Counted from the stretch's first letter, positions 8,694 to 17,709 are shown. The stretch is 27,068 nt of DNA from Actinomycetota bacterium (GCA_040904285.1 JBBDTT010000181.1:1-27068), one strand, 5' to 3'. Notes: generated by a model from the sequence alone, not told the origin. Made by a program: numbers and translations.

Positions 8694-9647
8694 TCACTCC
8701 CTCAGGCTGCGGCCGGTCGTGGACAGGAACACGTCCTCCAGGGTGGCAGGCGTGACCTGGACGTCGTTCAGCTCGATCCCGCGTTCCTTCACCAGATCCA
8801 TCAGGGGGGTGAGCGACTCCTGGGCCCGGGCCACCGAGAGCTCGTAGCGATACGACCCGTTGGGCGACTCCGCGACCTCGGCCACGCCCGGCAGGCGCTT
8901 CAGGGCCCGCACGTCCACCCGTCGCGTCGCCTCCAGACGGATCCGGTAGGCCGTGGGGAGCTGCTGGATCAGCCCGATGGGCGTATCCAGGGCCTGGATG
9001 ACCCCGAGGTCGATGATCGCGACCCGGTCGGCCAGGACCTGGGCCTCCTCCATGTAGTGCGTGGTGAGGACGACGGTCTTCCCCTCCTCCTGCCTGATCC
9101 ACGAGATGAAGTCCCACAGGTTGCGCCGGGCCTGCGGGTCGAGGCCCGTCGTGGGCTCGTCCAGGAACACCACCTCGGGGTCGTTCACCATCGAGGCCAC
9201 GATCGAGAACCGCTGTGCCTGTCCGCCGGAAAGCTCCCGAACCAGCGCCTTGCGCTTCTCCAGGAGCCCCACCTTGTCCAGCAGCTCCTGGGGAGCGACG
9301 CGCCGGGGGTAGAACGAGCCGAACAGGTCGAGGATCTCCTCCAGCGTCAGGTAGTCGAAGTACGCCCCGGCCTGCAGCTGGACCCCGATGCGTTCCTTCA
9401 TCCGGCTGCGGTCGCGCTGGGAGTCCATCCCCAGGACGAAGGTCCGCCCCGAGCTGGGGGTCTGGAGGCCCTCGATGATCTCCAGCGTCGTGGTCTTGCC
9501 GGCCCCGTTGGGCCCGAGGAACCCGAACACCTCGCCGCGGTTCACCGTGAACGACACGCCGTCGACCGCCCGCAGCTCGCCCCCACCCGGGGCCGGAAAC
9601 GTCTTCACCAGGTCCCGGACCTCCACCGCCACCTCTGTCCCGGTCAC
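8694..9647 (-). CDS. ABC transporter ATP-binding protein
   Basis: GPNGAGKT, LSGGQ, VFLDEPTTGLDP, TTHY. GTG at 9647 overlaps the padR stop (GTGA). Confidence 0.92.
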   Translation of the reverse strand: MTGTEVAVEVRDLVKTFPAPGGGELRAVDGVSFTVNRGEVFGFLGPNGAGKTTTLEIIEGLQTPSSGRTFVLGMDSQRDRSRMKERIGVQLQAGAYFDYLTLEEILDLFGSFYPRRVAPQELLDKVGLLEKRKALVRELSGGQAQRFSIVASMVNDPEVVFLDEPTTGLDPQARRNLWDFISWIRQEEGKTVVLTTHYMEEAQVLADRVAIIDLGVIQALDTPIGLIQQLPTAYRIRLEATRRVDVRALKRLPGVAEVAESPNGSYRYELSVARAQESLTPLMDLVKERGIELNDVQVTPATLEDVFLSTTGRSLRE

Positions 9648-10210
9648 GTCATCACCTCTTCCTGAAGCGCCCTGAGCACCTCGTCGCACCACCGGATCGA
9701 GTGGCGGCAGCTGGACAGCCCCGCCCGCAGCGTCAGGTACGGGAACGCCGCGAACGGCTGGCCGCGGAGCGTCGGCTCGAGGGCCTCGAGCTCCGCCAGC
9801 TCCGCCGCGCTCCGGTCCCGGTACTCGCGGACCTGCTCGATCAGGCGGTCCCGGTCCATGTACCGGCCGAAGAAGACCTTCACCAGGAACGGGCTCTTGA
9901 ACGAGTCCTCCTCGAGGGGCGACTCGTCGAGCCACCGCCGCAACGCGGTCTCCCCCGCCGGCGTGATCGTGTAGTTGCGCTTGTCGGGACGGTCGGTCTG
10001 GGCGATCTCCCGCTCCCGCGCGTACCGGAGCTGGACCAGGCGGCGGAGCTCCGAGTAGATCTGGCTCTTCGCGGGGCTGAAGAAATGGCCGACGGACGCG
10101 TCCACAAGCTTCTTCAGGTCGTAGCCGGACTGCTCGCCGAACGTGAGCAACCCGAGGATCGCCCACGTCCCCGCCGGGAGCTTTGGAAGCGCCTCTCGTC
10201 CCTTCGCCAT
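9644..10210 (-). CDS. PadR family transcriptional regulator (with Vir_act_alpha_C-like C-terminal helix)
   Basis: AILGLL...SGYDLKK...SQIYSELRRL...KRNYTITPAGETALRRWL, FLVKVFF. Confidence 0.9.
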   Translation of the reverse strand: MAKGREALPKLPAGTWAILGLLTFGEQSGYDLKKLVDASVGHFFSPAKSQIYSELRRLVQLRYAREREIAQTDRPDKRNYTITPAGETALRRWLDESPLEEDSFKSPFLVKVFFGRYMDRDRLIEQVREYRDRSAAELAELEALEPTLRGQPFAAFPYLTLRAGLSSCRHSIRWCDEVLRALQEEVMT

Positions 10211-10239
10211 TCCCCACGTCCTTCGTTACTTAGTTTCGC

Positions 10240-10268
10240 TCGAACTAGTTCGATTTGGACTAGTTCGA
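10240..10268. promoter_or_regulatory. Tandem palindromes, putative PadR operator
   Basis: Perfect 14-bp palindrome TCGAACTAGTTCGA (10240-10253) and a 12/14 copy TTGGACTAGTTCGA (10255-10268), between divergent padR and the small ORF. Confidence 0.55.
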
Positions 10269-10276
10269 AGGAAACC

Positions 10277-10531
10277 ATGGAACGCCGGCCCGTGTCAACC
10301 CGGGACCGGACGGGAAGGCTGCACGGGGGACGAGAGTCCTCCCGGTCGAGCGTCCGGGACATCTCCTCCGGCCGGCGAGGAGGGCTGCGGTCCCACTCGG
10401 GGCCCGGGGGACGCACGCGCGACCAGCTCTACAACGAGGCCCGGGACCTGGGCATCGAGGGACGCTCGAAGATGACGAAGTCGCAGCTCCTCGCGGCGGT
10501 CAACCGCAAGGGCGGACGCAGGTCCGCCTAG
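10277..10531 (+). CDS. Small basic protein with C-terminal Rho-N-like helical motif
   Basis: DISSGRRGGLRSHSGPGGRTRDQLYNEARDLGIEGRSKMTKSQL, a motif seen in small actinobacterial proteins. SD AAGGA before ATG 10277. Confidence 0.7.
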   Translation: MERRPVSTRDRTGRLHGGRESSRSSVRDISSGRRGGLRSHSGPGGRTRDQLYNEARDLGIEGRSKMTKSQLLAAVNRKGGRRSA

Positions 10532-10534
10532 CGA

Positions 10535-12145
10535 TCAGGCGAAGAACCGGCCCGCGATCTGGTCCGCGGTTCGCGCGGCCAGCGCCTGGAGGGTGAGGGT
10601 CGGGTTCGGCCCGCCGAGGCCGTTGACCAGGGCGGCGCTGTCGCCCACGAACAGTCCCTCGACCTCGTGGGCCTCGCAGCCCGTGTCCACCGCGCTCGTC
10701 GCGGGATCGTCGCCCATCCGGAGCGTCCCCATGATGTGGGTGAAGTAGGCGGGCTGGACGTTCGTGCGGTGAACGGTCCGGGCACCGGCGGCGCGGAGGA
10801 TCTCCGCGCCCTTGCGCGCGAGCCAGTCCTGGCGCTCCACCGACGTGGGCGTGGGGTTGTAGGTCACCTTGGGCACCGGGCCGTTCTCGTCGGGGCCCCA
10901 GTCGTCCGCGATCGTCACGCGGTTCTCCGGGGCCTCCTCGTCGTCGGTGCACACCACCAGCGTGAGCGACCGGGAGTAGTCCGCCACCCGGCGGGCGGCG
11001 TCGGCGCCCCAGCCGCGTCCCACCGTCTCCCAGGGCTCTCCCGTCACAGGCTCGTCCCAGAACCCGTGCCCCGCGTTCATGATCAGCGCGAACGACTGGG
11101 GCCCGACGCCCTGGGTGAACAGCGTCCCGCCCTGTCCGGGGAAGTCGGCCCGGGCCATGGTGACCTGGCCGACGTCGGGGCGGACCTCGCGGTCGAAGAT
11201 GCCGGTGACGAAGTCCTGCAGGTGCATGGTCAGGTACCGCCCGACCACGTCCGTCGAGTTGGGCAGCCCCGAGTTCAGCCACAGCCGGGGCGACTCGATG
11301 GCTCCCCCGGCCAGGACCACCACCCGGGCCTCGGCCTCCTCGACCTCGCCGGTCTCGGTGGAGCGCCACCGCACGCCCCGGACCCGGGCCCCGCGGTCGC
11401 CGCCGGACTCGAACAGGATCGCGGTCGCGAACGCGTCGGGGACGACCTCGCAGTTGCCCGTCTCCACCGCCGCGGGCACGTAGCTGACGTTCGTCGAGCG
11501 CTTCGCCTTGCGCTCGAGGGGCGCGCCGACCGGGTTCGGGCACCCCTCGATGCACCGCCCGCACATCGTGCACCCGTCGACCTCGGGATAAGTCAACGGC
11601 CCGCCGGGCGTCATCTTCGCGATCGGCAGGATCGCGTTGTACGTGGGACGCCACACCGCGGTGCCGTTCACGTCCTTCGACTCGCTCTTCGGCAGGCCGA
11701 CCGCGTCGCAGCCGGCGGCGAACAGGGCATCCTTGGTGGCCAGGTCGGACACCATCGAGACCGGCAGGAACTCCTCCACCCGCTCGAAGTACGGGACCAG
11801 GTCCGCGTACGACATCGGCCAGTGGCCGTCGATGGCCGACGGATACGGCCGCGCGGAGATGCCGTTGTAGTGCTGGGTGGTGCCGCCGACGCCCGCCAGC
11901 TGGCGGATCAGGCCGACGCCGTCGCGGCGGCGCACCCACGGGGGCTTCGTCCGGTCCCCCGGGCCCCAGCGCAGGCGCCCGTCGCCGAGCGCGCCCATGT
12001 AGTCCTACAGGAGCGAGTAGTCGCGGTCCGGGTCGAGCCACGGACCCGCCTCGAGCATCAGGACCTTGATCCCCCGCTCGGCGAGCTCCCGGGCGACGAC
12101 GGGTCCTCCGCCTCCCGCCCCCACCACGATGACGTCGGGGCTCAC
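10535..12145 (-). pseudogene. GMC family oxidoreductase interrupted by an in-frame TAG at 12005-12007
   Basis: GTG start at 12145: VSPDVIVVGAGGGG...VLMLEAG...DYSLL*DYMGALGDG...GVGGTTQHY...CTMCGRC...VVLAGGAIESPRLWLNS...HIMGTLRMG...NPTLTLQALA. Both halves are in the same frame. Confidence 0.8.
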
Positions 12146-12579
12146 GCGTCCGTCCGGTAGACGGGGTGGCCACGCGACGGCCCGGGATAGCCGACCTCGT
12201 CCCAGGACGCCGGCGGATCGAGGCGCCCGGTGGCGCGGTCGTAGCCGGTCCATTCCGAGTACACGCCGCCGTAGGTGAACACCAGGATCGCGTCGACGAT
12301 CTCGACGATGTCCTGGCTCTCCTCCATGGACATCAGACGGAGCACCTGCTGGCGGTCCTCGATGGAAAGGTCCTCGAACACGGACCCGGCGGCGACGTCC
12401 GAGGCGTAGGCGTTCAGCATGATCTCGAGCAGGTCGAGCATCCCGGGGAACGTGACCTCGATCTGCTCGACCACGTGCCGCTCGACGCCCAGCTCCGCGG
12501 CCCCGGGGCCGGACACGGTCGAGGGGAGGACCGCCTCGACGGCGGCCCGGATCGCGGCGACGGAGGACTCGGCGGCCAT
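12142..12579 (-). CDS. Gluconate 2-dehydrogenase subunit 3-like protein (GMC partner subunit)
   Basis: FEDLSIEDRQQVL, TYGGVYSE, SWDEVGYPGP. Its stop overlaps the GMC GTG start. Confidence 0.75.
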   Translation of the reverse strand: MAAESSVAAIRAAVEAVLPSTVSGPGAAELGVERHVVEQIEVTFPGMLDLLEIMLNAYASDVAAGSVFEDLSIEDRQQVLRLMSMEESQDIVEIVDAILVFTYGGVYSEWTGYDRATGRLDPPASWDEVGYPGPSRGHPVYRTDA

Positions 12580-12613
12580 GGGGCGGGAGCGTACCCCAGA
12601 GGCCCGAACCGAC

Positions 12614-13384
12614 CTAGACCTTCTCCTCCGGCCCGAGCTCGACGGCGACGCTGATCTCGAAGGCGTCGTCCTGCGGGGCGTAGCCGACGACCTCCCGAGC
12701 CCGGCCGATGTCCATGCGCTTGTAGCGGTTGTCGCTGAGGGCGTGGAGGACCTCGAACCGGACGGAGTCCGGCGCCGTCACGCAGCGATGCACCAGCTGC
12801 GCCATGTCGCGCTGGGTGATGACGATGTCGAGCAGCTGCGGGTTCCTCGAGTGGTGCAGCTCCTCCAGCCGCCCGGGCGGCACGTAGGCGCCGATGCGCA
12901 GGGCGATGCACGACAGCCCGTGCTCGGCGGAGTACGCCCCGCACAGCGCCTCGCCGAACACCTTGGTCGCCCCGTACGCCGAGTCCGCCCACGGGGCGTC
13001 GTGCTCGTGCACCTGGCGGTCCACCGGGTGGCCCATGATCGCGTGCACGCTGCTCGCCCAGACCACGCGCCGGACCCCCTCGAGCCGGGCCGCCTCGAAG
13101 ACGTTGATCTGCCCGAGGAGGTTCGGCTCGACGAGCTCCTCCCACGGCGCCTGCCAGTTCGCGTTCGCGGCGAGCGAGATCACGCAGTCGGCGCCCCGGA
13201 ACGCCTCGCGGACGGACGCCGTCTCGGCCAGGTCGAACCGGACGACGTCCGGGAAGCGATCGTCGGCGAAGTCCTCCGCATGCACGGCGAGGCGGAGGTC
13301 GTAGGCGTCTCGGTAGTTGGCGAGGTACTCCTCGCGGAACCCGGCGCCGATCGTGCCCTCGGCGCCGGTCAGGACGACCAGCAC
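12614..13384 (-). CDS. NAD-dependent epimerase/dehydratase (extended SDR, uronate dehydrogenase-like)
   Basis: VVLTGAEGTIG, RVVWASSVHA, YGATKVFGEAL, LRIG, SDNRYKRMDI. GTG start. Confidence 0.85.
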   Translation of the reverse strand: MLVVLTGAEGTIGAGFREEYLANYRDAYDLRLAVHAEDFADDRFPDVVRFDLAETASVREAFRGADCVISLAANANWQAPWEELVEPNLLGQINVFEAARLEGVRRVVWASSVHAIMGHPVDRQVHEHDAPWADSAYGATKVFGEALCGAYSAEHGLSCIALRIGAYVPPGRLEELHHSRNPQLLDIVITQRDMAQLVHRCVTAPDSVRFEVLHALSDNRYKRMDIGRAREVVGYAPQDDAFEISVAVELGPEEKV

Positions 13385-13391
13385 CGGGGGC

Positions 13392-14300
13392 TTACGCCCA
13401 GCCGGCGGCGGCGATCACGTCGGAGCTGCGCAGCTTGGTGAGGGCCTCGCGCTCGATCAGGCGGACCCGCTCCCCGGAGATGCCCAGGCGGCGGCCCACC
13501 TCGCGCAGGCTCATGGGGTGCCCGTCGCCGAGGCCGTATCGCAGCGCGATGACCTGGCGCTCCCGCGGGTCGAGCGTGTTCATGACGGCGCCGGCCATCT
13601 CGTCGCGGAGCATGGCGTCCTCGACCTGGTCGAGGGGGGACTGCTCGTCGGCCTGGATGATCAGCTCGCCGAGCTCGGTCTCCTCCCCCACCGGGGTCTG
13701 CAGGCTCACCGGCTCGCGGCCCTCGGCCTCGAGCAGGCGCACGACCTCCTCGACCGGGATCTCGAGCGCCTTGGCCAGCTCGTCCGGCTTCGGGTCGCGC
13801 CCCAGGGACTGCGACAGCTGGATGAAGGTGCGGCGCAGGCGCCGGACCTGGTCGTGGACGTGCACGGGCAGCCGGATCTGGCGGCCCTGATCCGCGATGG
13901 CGCGGGTGATGGCCTGGCGGATCCACCACGTGGCGTACGTGGAGAACTTGAAGCCGCGCCGCCAGTCGAAGAGCTCGACCGCGCGCATCAGCCCGACGTT
14001 GCCCTCCTGCACCAGGTCGAGCAGGGGCAGGCCCTGGCCCTGGTACTTGCGGGCCACGGACACGACCAGGCGGAGGTTGGCCTTGATGAACCGCTGTCGG
14101 GCGGCCTCGCCCTTGCGGGCGGCCTCCTTCGCCTTGCGGATGGACTGGGGCGACTTCATGCGTCCGGCCGCCAGGCGCGCCTTGGCCTCCTCGCCATACT
14201 CGATGCACATGGCGAGCTCGACCTCCTCCTCCTTCGTGAGGAGGGGCTCCTTCACGGCCGTCTCGAGGTACAGCCCGAAATCGTCGGTGGTCTCGCTCAC
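13392..14300 (-). CDS. RNA polymerase sigma factor, RpoD/SigA-like non-primary sigma-70 (no region 1.1)
   Basis: Region 1.2 DDFGLYL...[11 protein letters not shown]; region 2 [13 protein letters not shown]...[15 protein letters not shown]...[23 protein letters not shown]; region 4 [23 protein letters not shown] at 14300 with GGAG upstream. Confidence 0.9.
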   Translation of the reverse strand: MSETTDDFGLYLETAVKEPLLTKEEEVELAMCIEYGEEAKARLAAGRMKSPQSIRKAKEAARKGEAARQRFIKANLRLVVSVARKYQGQGLPLLDLVQEGNVGLMRAVELFDWRRGFKFSTYATWWIRQAITRAIADQGRQIRLPVHVHDQVRRLRRTFIQLSQSLGRDPKPDELAKALEIPVEEVVRLLEAEGREPVSLQTPVGEETELGELIIQADEQSPLDQVEDAMLRDEMAGAVMNTLDPRERQVIALRYGLGDGHPMSLREVGRRLGISGERVRLIEREALTKLRSSDVIAAAGWA

Positions 14301-14383
14301 ACGTCTCCGTTTCTCACTCTGCCCATGGTGCAACGCCGCGGCACCCCGCGAAAGCCCTCCGGGGCGAATTTCCCGTGCAGGTT

Positions 14384-14401
14384 GGAGCCTTCCCAGGCTC
14401 C
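14384..14401 (-). terminator. Hairpin just downstream of eamA
   Basis: GGAGCCT-TCCC-AGGCTCC, 7-bp stem, 6 nt after the EamA stop. No U-tract. Confidence 0.4.
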
Positions 14402-14407
14402 GGGGAC

Positions 14408-15376
14408 CTAACCGCTCGCGCGCTCCTCGGCCACCGCCGGCGCTTCGATCGGCGCCGGTACGGGCTCCGCGCGTCGAGCGCTTGCTCCCAGCACGATAAG
14501 GGCTACCGCCCCAATGATCAACGCGGCCGCCAGGATGGTCATTCCCGAAACCGGCTCGCTCAGGATCAACCACCCCAGAAACACCGCGATCATCGGGTTC
14601 ACGTACGCGTACGTGGACGCGACCTGGGAGCTCGTGTTGTGCAGCAGCCACGAGTACGCGCTGAACCCCGCCAGCGATCCGGCCACGACGAGGTAGGCGA
14701 AGGCGAGCAGCGAGGCCCTCGAGAACGCCTCGAGATGGACATCCGCGACCTCGCCGGTGGCGATCCCCGCGAGCGTCAGCAGGGCCCCTCCGGCCAGCAT
14801 CTCCAGGCCGGTGGTGACCATCGGCCGTCTGGGCAGGGCGAGCTTCGGGGCCAGGACCGAGCCGAAGGCCCAGGAGATCGAGGCGAACACGAGCGCGAGC
14901 GTGCCCGCCAGGTTCACGGCCCCCCCGTCCGCGCCCGAGGTCCGGGCCAGCAGCACGGTGCCGGCGAAGCCGAGGGCGAGGCCGATCCCCGCCCGCGCCC
15001 GGATCCCCTCGCGGTCCCGCCGCGCGGCGAACAGGGCCATCCAGATCGGGACGGTGGCGACGATGAGCGCGGCGACGCCCGAGGACACACGCTGCTCGGC
15101 CCACACCACGCCGCCGTTGCCTCCGAGCAGCAGCAGGCCGCCCACGATCGCCGCGGCCCGCCACTGGGGCCAGCCCACCCGGTCGCCCTCGGCATCCCCG
15201 CGCCGGATCGCGAACGCCAGCAGGACCGCGCCCGCGACCAGGAACCGCGTCCCGGCCATCAGGAAGGGCGGCAGCGTCTCGACCGCGACGCGGATGGCCA
15301 GGTAGGTGGAGCCCCAGATGACGTAGACCGTGGCGAGCGCGAGCGCGATGCGCCTCGCGTCCGTCGTCCTCGTCAT
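14408..15376 (-). CDS. EamA/DMT family transporter (YedA-like)
   Basis: [64 protein letters not shown]; about 10 TM segments. Confidence 0.92.
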   Translation of the reverse strand: MTRTTDARRIALALATVYVIWGSTYLAIRVAVETLPPFLMAGTRFLVAGAVLLAFAIRRGDAEGDRVGWPQWRAAAIVGGLLLLGGNGGVVWAEQRVSSGVAALIVATVPIWMALFAARRDREGIRARAGIGLALGFAGTVLLARTSGADGGAVNLAGTLALVFASISWAFGSVLAPKLALPRRPMVTTGLEMLAGGALLTLAGIATGEVADVHLEAFSRASLLAFAYLVVAGSLAGFSAYSWLLHNTSSQVASTYAYVNPMIAVFLGWLILSEPVSGMTILAAALIIGAVALIVLGASARRAEPVPAPIEAPAVAEERASG

Positions 15377-15442
15377 TCGAGAGCCATTGTGCCCCACGTC
15401 CGGAGAAACGCAGGACGGACCCGGAAGTGAAGCGGGTGGAAG

Positions 15443-16525
15443 CTAGAGAGAAAGTCGCGGCCGGGGCTGGGCCGCCACCAAAATGAGTGACAATTCCTCG
15501 GGCGGTACCCCTGCCTCAGACGCGATGTCCAACAAGGTGTGGCCGGCTTCCTCCGCTAGGCGAACGGCTTCAGAAAGAAGCCGAGGTGCCTCTGGAGGAC
15601 CGAGGTTGCCGGGCTCATCGACACGCCACCCACGCGCGGATAGACCCTTTGATGCCCTGATGTATTCAGGCTCCTTCATTACGCGCAGCGTGCGCGCACG
15701 GTAGAGCAGCGAAGCAATCGATGTGCCCCAGCGGCCCTTCAGGGCCAAGAGTCGATTCCAGTCCACCCTTGCAGGCAGCTCATTGCGAATATCGCGCTGT
15801 GGCATCAGAAGCGCGGCGGCGAACTGTTGAGCCTGTCGCTCCGCCTCGGCTTGAGGGTAATCCGGGCCGTGCATCACGAGGTGTCCGAGTTCGTGAGCGG
15901 CATCGAATCTGGAACGATCGCGCTTCCCCTTATCTGCGCCAAGCAGGACCACCGGATGATCCTCAAACGCAACGGAGAAAGCATCCACCTGCCGGGTCGC
16001 CAAGAGCGGACGCGCCAAGAGAACCCCATGGCCCTCCATCAACGCAGCGACGTCGGCGACGGGTCCGGCATCGAGGCCCCACTGTCTCCGCACCTCTTGC
16101 GCCAGCATTTCTATTTGGTCAGGGCCGTCCATCGGCGTCGCGGATAGCTTTGGAACTTCGACTGCTGGCAGATCTACATATCGGCCTAGCGCGGCTCCGA
16201 AGCGTCTTAGGATCGCGGCGAAAGCTCGAGCTCGTCTGCGTTCCTTTGCCGGAGCCGTCCTGAGGCTGCGGAAGAATGCAGTGGCGACGCCGCTTGATCC
16301 ATCTGTGGCAAAGAACTGAAGTGGGAATCGAAGCTCCCGACCTATATCCTCCAGCGTTCCAACGGACGGCCGTACCAGACCTTGCTCTATCTGGCTGATT
16401 GCTGCGCCGGAGATACCCGTCAGCCTCCCTAGTTCGACCTGTGTGAGCCCGCGAAGTTCGCGCGCCAAACGCAGTTGGGAGCCGTCGAACAGATCTCGTA
16501 CGCCGCGTGGGTCCAGGCTCCCCAT
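15443..16525 (-). CDS. XRE-family HTH fused to ImmA/IrrE-family Zn metallopeptidase (DUF955)
   Basis: [35 protein letters not shown]; FRSLR; VDAFS; [16 protein letters not shown] (HExxH); [14 protein letters not shown]; [12 protein letters not shown]. Confidence 0.9.
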   Translation of the reverse strand: MGSLDPRGVRDLFDGSQLRLARELRGLTQVELGRLTGISGAAISQIEQGLVRPSVGTLEDIGRELRFPLQFFATDGSSGVATAFFRSLRTAPAKERRRARAFAAILRRFGAALGRYVDLPAVEVPKLSATPMDGPDQIEMLAQEVRRQWGLDAGPVADVAALMEGHGVLLARPLLATRQVDAFSVAFEDHPVVLLGADKGKRDRSRFDAAHELGHLVMHGPDYPQAEAERQAQQFAAALLMPQRDIRNELPARVDWNRLLALKGRWGTSIASLLYRARTLRVMKEPEYIRASKGLSARGWRVDEPGNLGPPEAPRLLSEAVRLAEEAGHTLLDIASEAGVPPEELSLILVAAQPRPRLSL

Positions 16526-16531
16526 TGCTTA

Positions 16532-16537
16532 AGTGTA
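16532..16537 (-). promoter_or_regulatory. -10 element (TACACT) for a probably leaderless regulator mRNA
   Basis: Minus strand reads TACACT-taagca-ATG: a TAnnnT hexamer 6 nt before the start codon, with no SD. Confidence 0.5.
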
Positions 16538-16599
16538 GGCAGATAACCTCGCGCCTCGATGAAGCCAATCGGGATTCAGGGTCGATTTTATAAGTAGCG

Positions 16600-16644
16600 T
16601 GATATAATTAGGGGAGAGGATTAAGCGCGCTACCCTACAGGAGG
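16600..16644 (+). promoter_or_regulatory. Extended -10 promoter (TGnTATAAT) and SD for the nucleotidyltransferase operon
   Basis: TGaTATAAT at 16600-16608; AGGAGG at 16639-16644, 5 nt before ATG 16650. Confidence 0.65.
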
Positions 16645-16649
16645 GATCT

Positions 16650-17666
16650 ATGTCAATTGAAGACTGGCTGCGGAAAGCCCGTGAGGCGATCGAGGTAACC
16701 GACGACGAGCTGAAGGAGGCGCGGCGTCGGCGGGAGCTTATTGCGGAGGAGCTGCGGGTTGAGTTCCCTGGCGCTCGGGTCTATTTCAACGGCTCCCTCG
16801 CGCACGGTGACGCGCTGGATCCGCTCAGCGATTTTGATCTGGGGGTGGTCATCCCGGACCCAGCCCAGCAATTCGGTCCTGGCAAGGCCAGTGCTGACGA
16901 GCTCAAGACTCGTGCATCCGGCGCCATTCGGCGGGCTCTGATCGCCGAATACCCAAAGCTGCGTGTTGAGGTCGAGGGCCGCAAGCGGTCTCTCCTCGTT
17001 CGCTTCTCGCACCCGGTCACTCCCCGGGCCACGGACTTCACCGGTGACGTGATCTGCGCCGTCGACCATCCTGTTCGCGGGCTCTGGATCCCGAAGGATT
17101 CCACATGGGACCGGTCGGATCCCGAAACGCACACGAGGCTGGTTCTCGAAGCCAATAAGAAGACGTCCGCGGGCTTCGCGAAGACGGTCCGTTTGCTGAA
17201 GTACTGGAACGGGGCTCATGACGGGGTCTTCTGTTCGTGGCATCTGAAAGTCCTCGCGCTACCTACGGTCTCTTCGGGGCCGCAGATCGACAGTCTTCGA
17301 AGCTTCTTCGCTGGAGCCATCCGGCAGGTGACGGCCGGCCCGACACCTGACCCCGCCTTCGTTGGCCCATCCATCCTCCCCCAAGTAGACGCCGAGGAAG
17401 CCGTCAAGCGACTCCGGGAAGCCCTGGATCTCGTCGAGGCCGCCATCAAGGCCGAGGCAGAGGGACGTCCGCTGGGCGCCCAGGCGGAGCTGTCAAACCT
17501 GTTGCCTGAGATCGTGCCAGCTCCAGACTCTTCCTCGCTCCGTGATGAGGAGCGCGATGCCGCCAAGGCCCGCTTGGCCTCACGCGGATCCGTCTCGGTG
17601 GGGAGCGGGACCGAAATTTCCCTACCCCGAAACAGGGGGTGGAGCGACGATCCCTCTCCGAACTGA
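16650..17666 (+). CDS. cGAS/DncV-like nucleotidyltransferase (CD-NTase/SMODS), putative CBASS cyclic-oligonucleotide synthase
   Basis: Pol-beta fold motifs G48-S49 (FNGSLAHG), D61-x-D63 (SDFD) and D133 (FTGDVI), then GLWIP, WDRSDPETH, VRLLKYWN, SWHLKVLA. Adjacent to an E2-like gene and a TM gene. Confidence 0.8.
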   Translation: MSIEDWLRKAREAIEVTDDELKEARRRRELIAEELRVEFPGARVYFNGSLAHGDALDPLSDFDLGVVIPDPAQQFGPGKASADELKTRASGAIRRALIAEYPKLRVEVEGRKRSLLVRFSHPVTPRATDFTGDVICAVDHPVRGLWIPKDSTWDRSDPETHTRLVLEANKKTSAGFAKTVRLLKYWNGAHDGVFCSWHLKVLALPTVSSGPQIDSLRSFFAGAIRQVTAGPTPDPAFVGPSILPQVDAEEAVKRLREALDLVEAAIKAEAEGRPLGAQAELSNLLPEIVPAPDSSSLRDEERDAAKARLASRGSVSVGSGTEISLPRNRGWSDDPSPN

Positions 17667-17709
17667 ATCCGCTATCGGTCTGACGTGGACGAGCCCTGAC
17701 CCGCAGGCC

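Noticed and set aside
12005-12007. Selenocysteine or pyrrolysine recoding as the default explanation of the GMC stop
   Set aside because: The codon is TAG, not TGA, so it is not Sec. No pyl genes are in the window and the position is not an obvious catalytic site, so nonsense mutation or error is more parsimonious.
14301-14383. Possible riboswitch in the sigma-factor leader (gcgaaagccctccgg resembles part of a c-di-GMP-I motif)
   Set aside because: The similarity is on the strand opposite the gene and the rest of the consensus is missing.
15420-15447. Loose similarity between the left island edge (agtgaagcgggtggaagctag) and the right edge near 18735-18752 (agtgaccaggtgggctag)
   Set aside because: Gapped, short, and both end on TAG stop codons; not a convincing att site or target-site duplication.
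17542-17646. ORF-track start of the E2 at 17542
   Set aside because: It would overlap the NTase by 125 nt, has no SD, and the translated segment looks like frame shadow.
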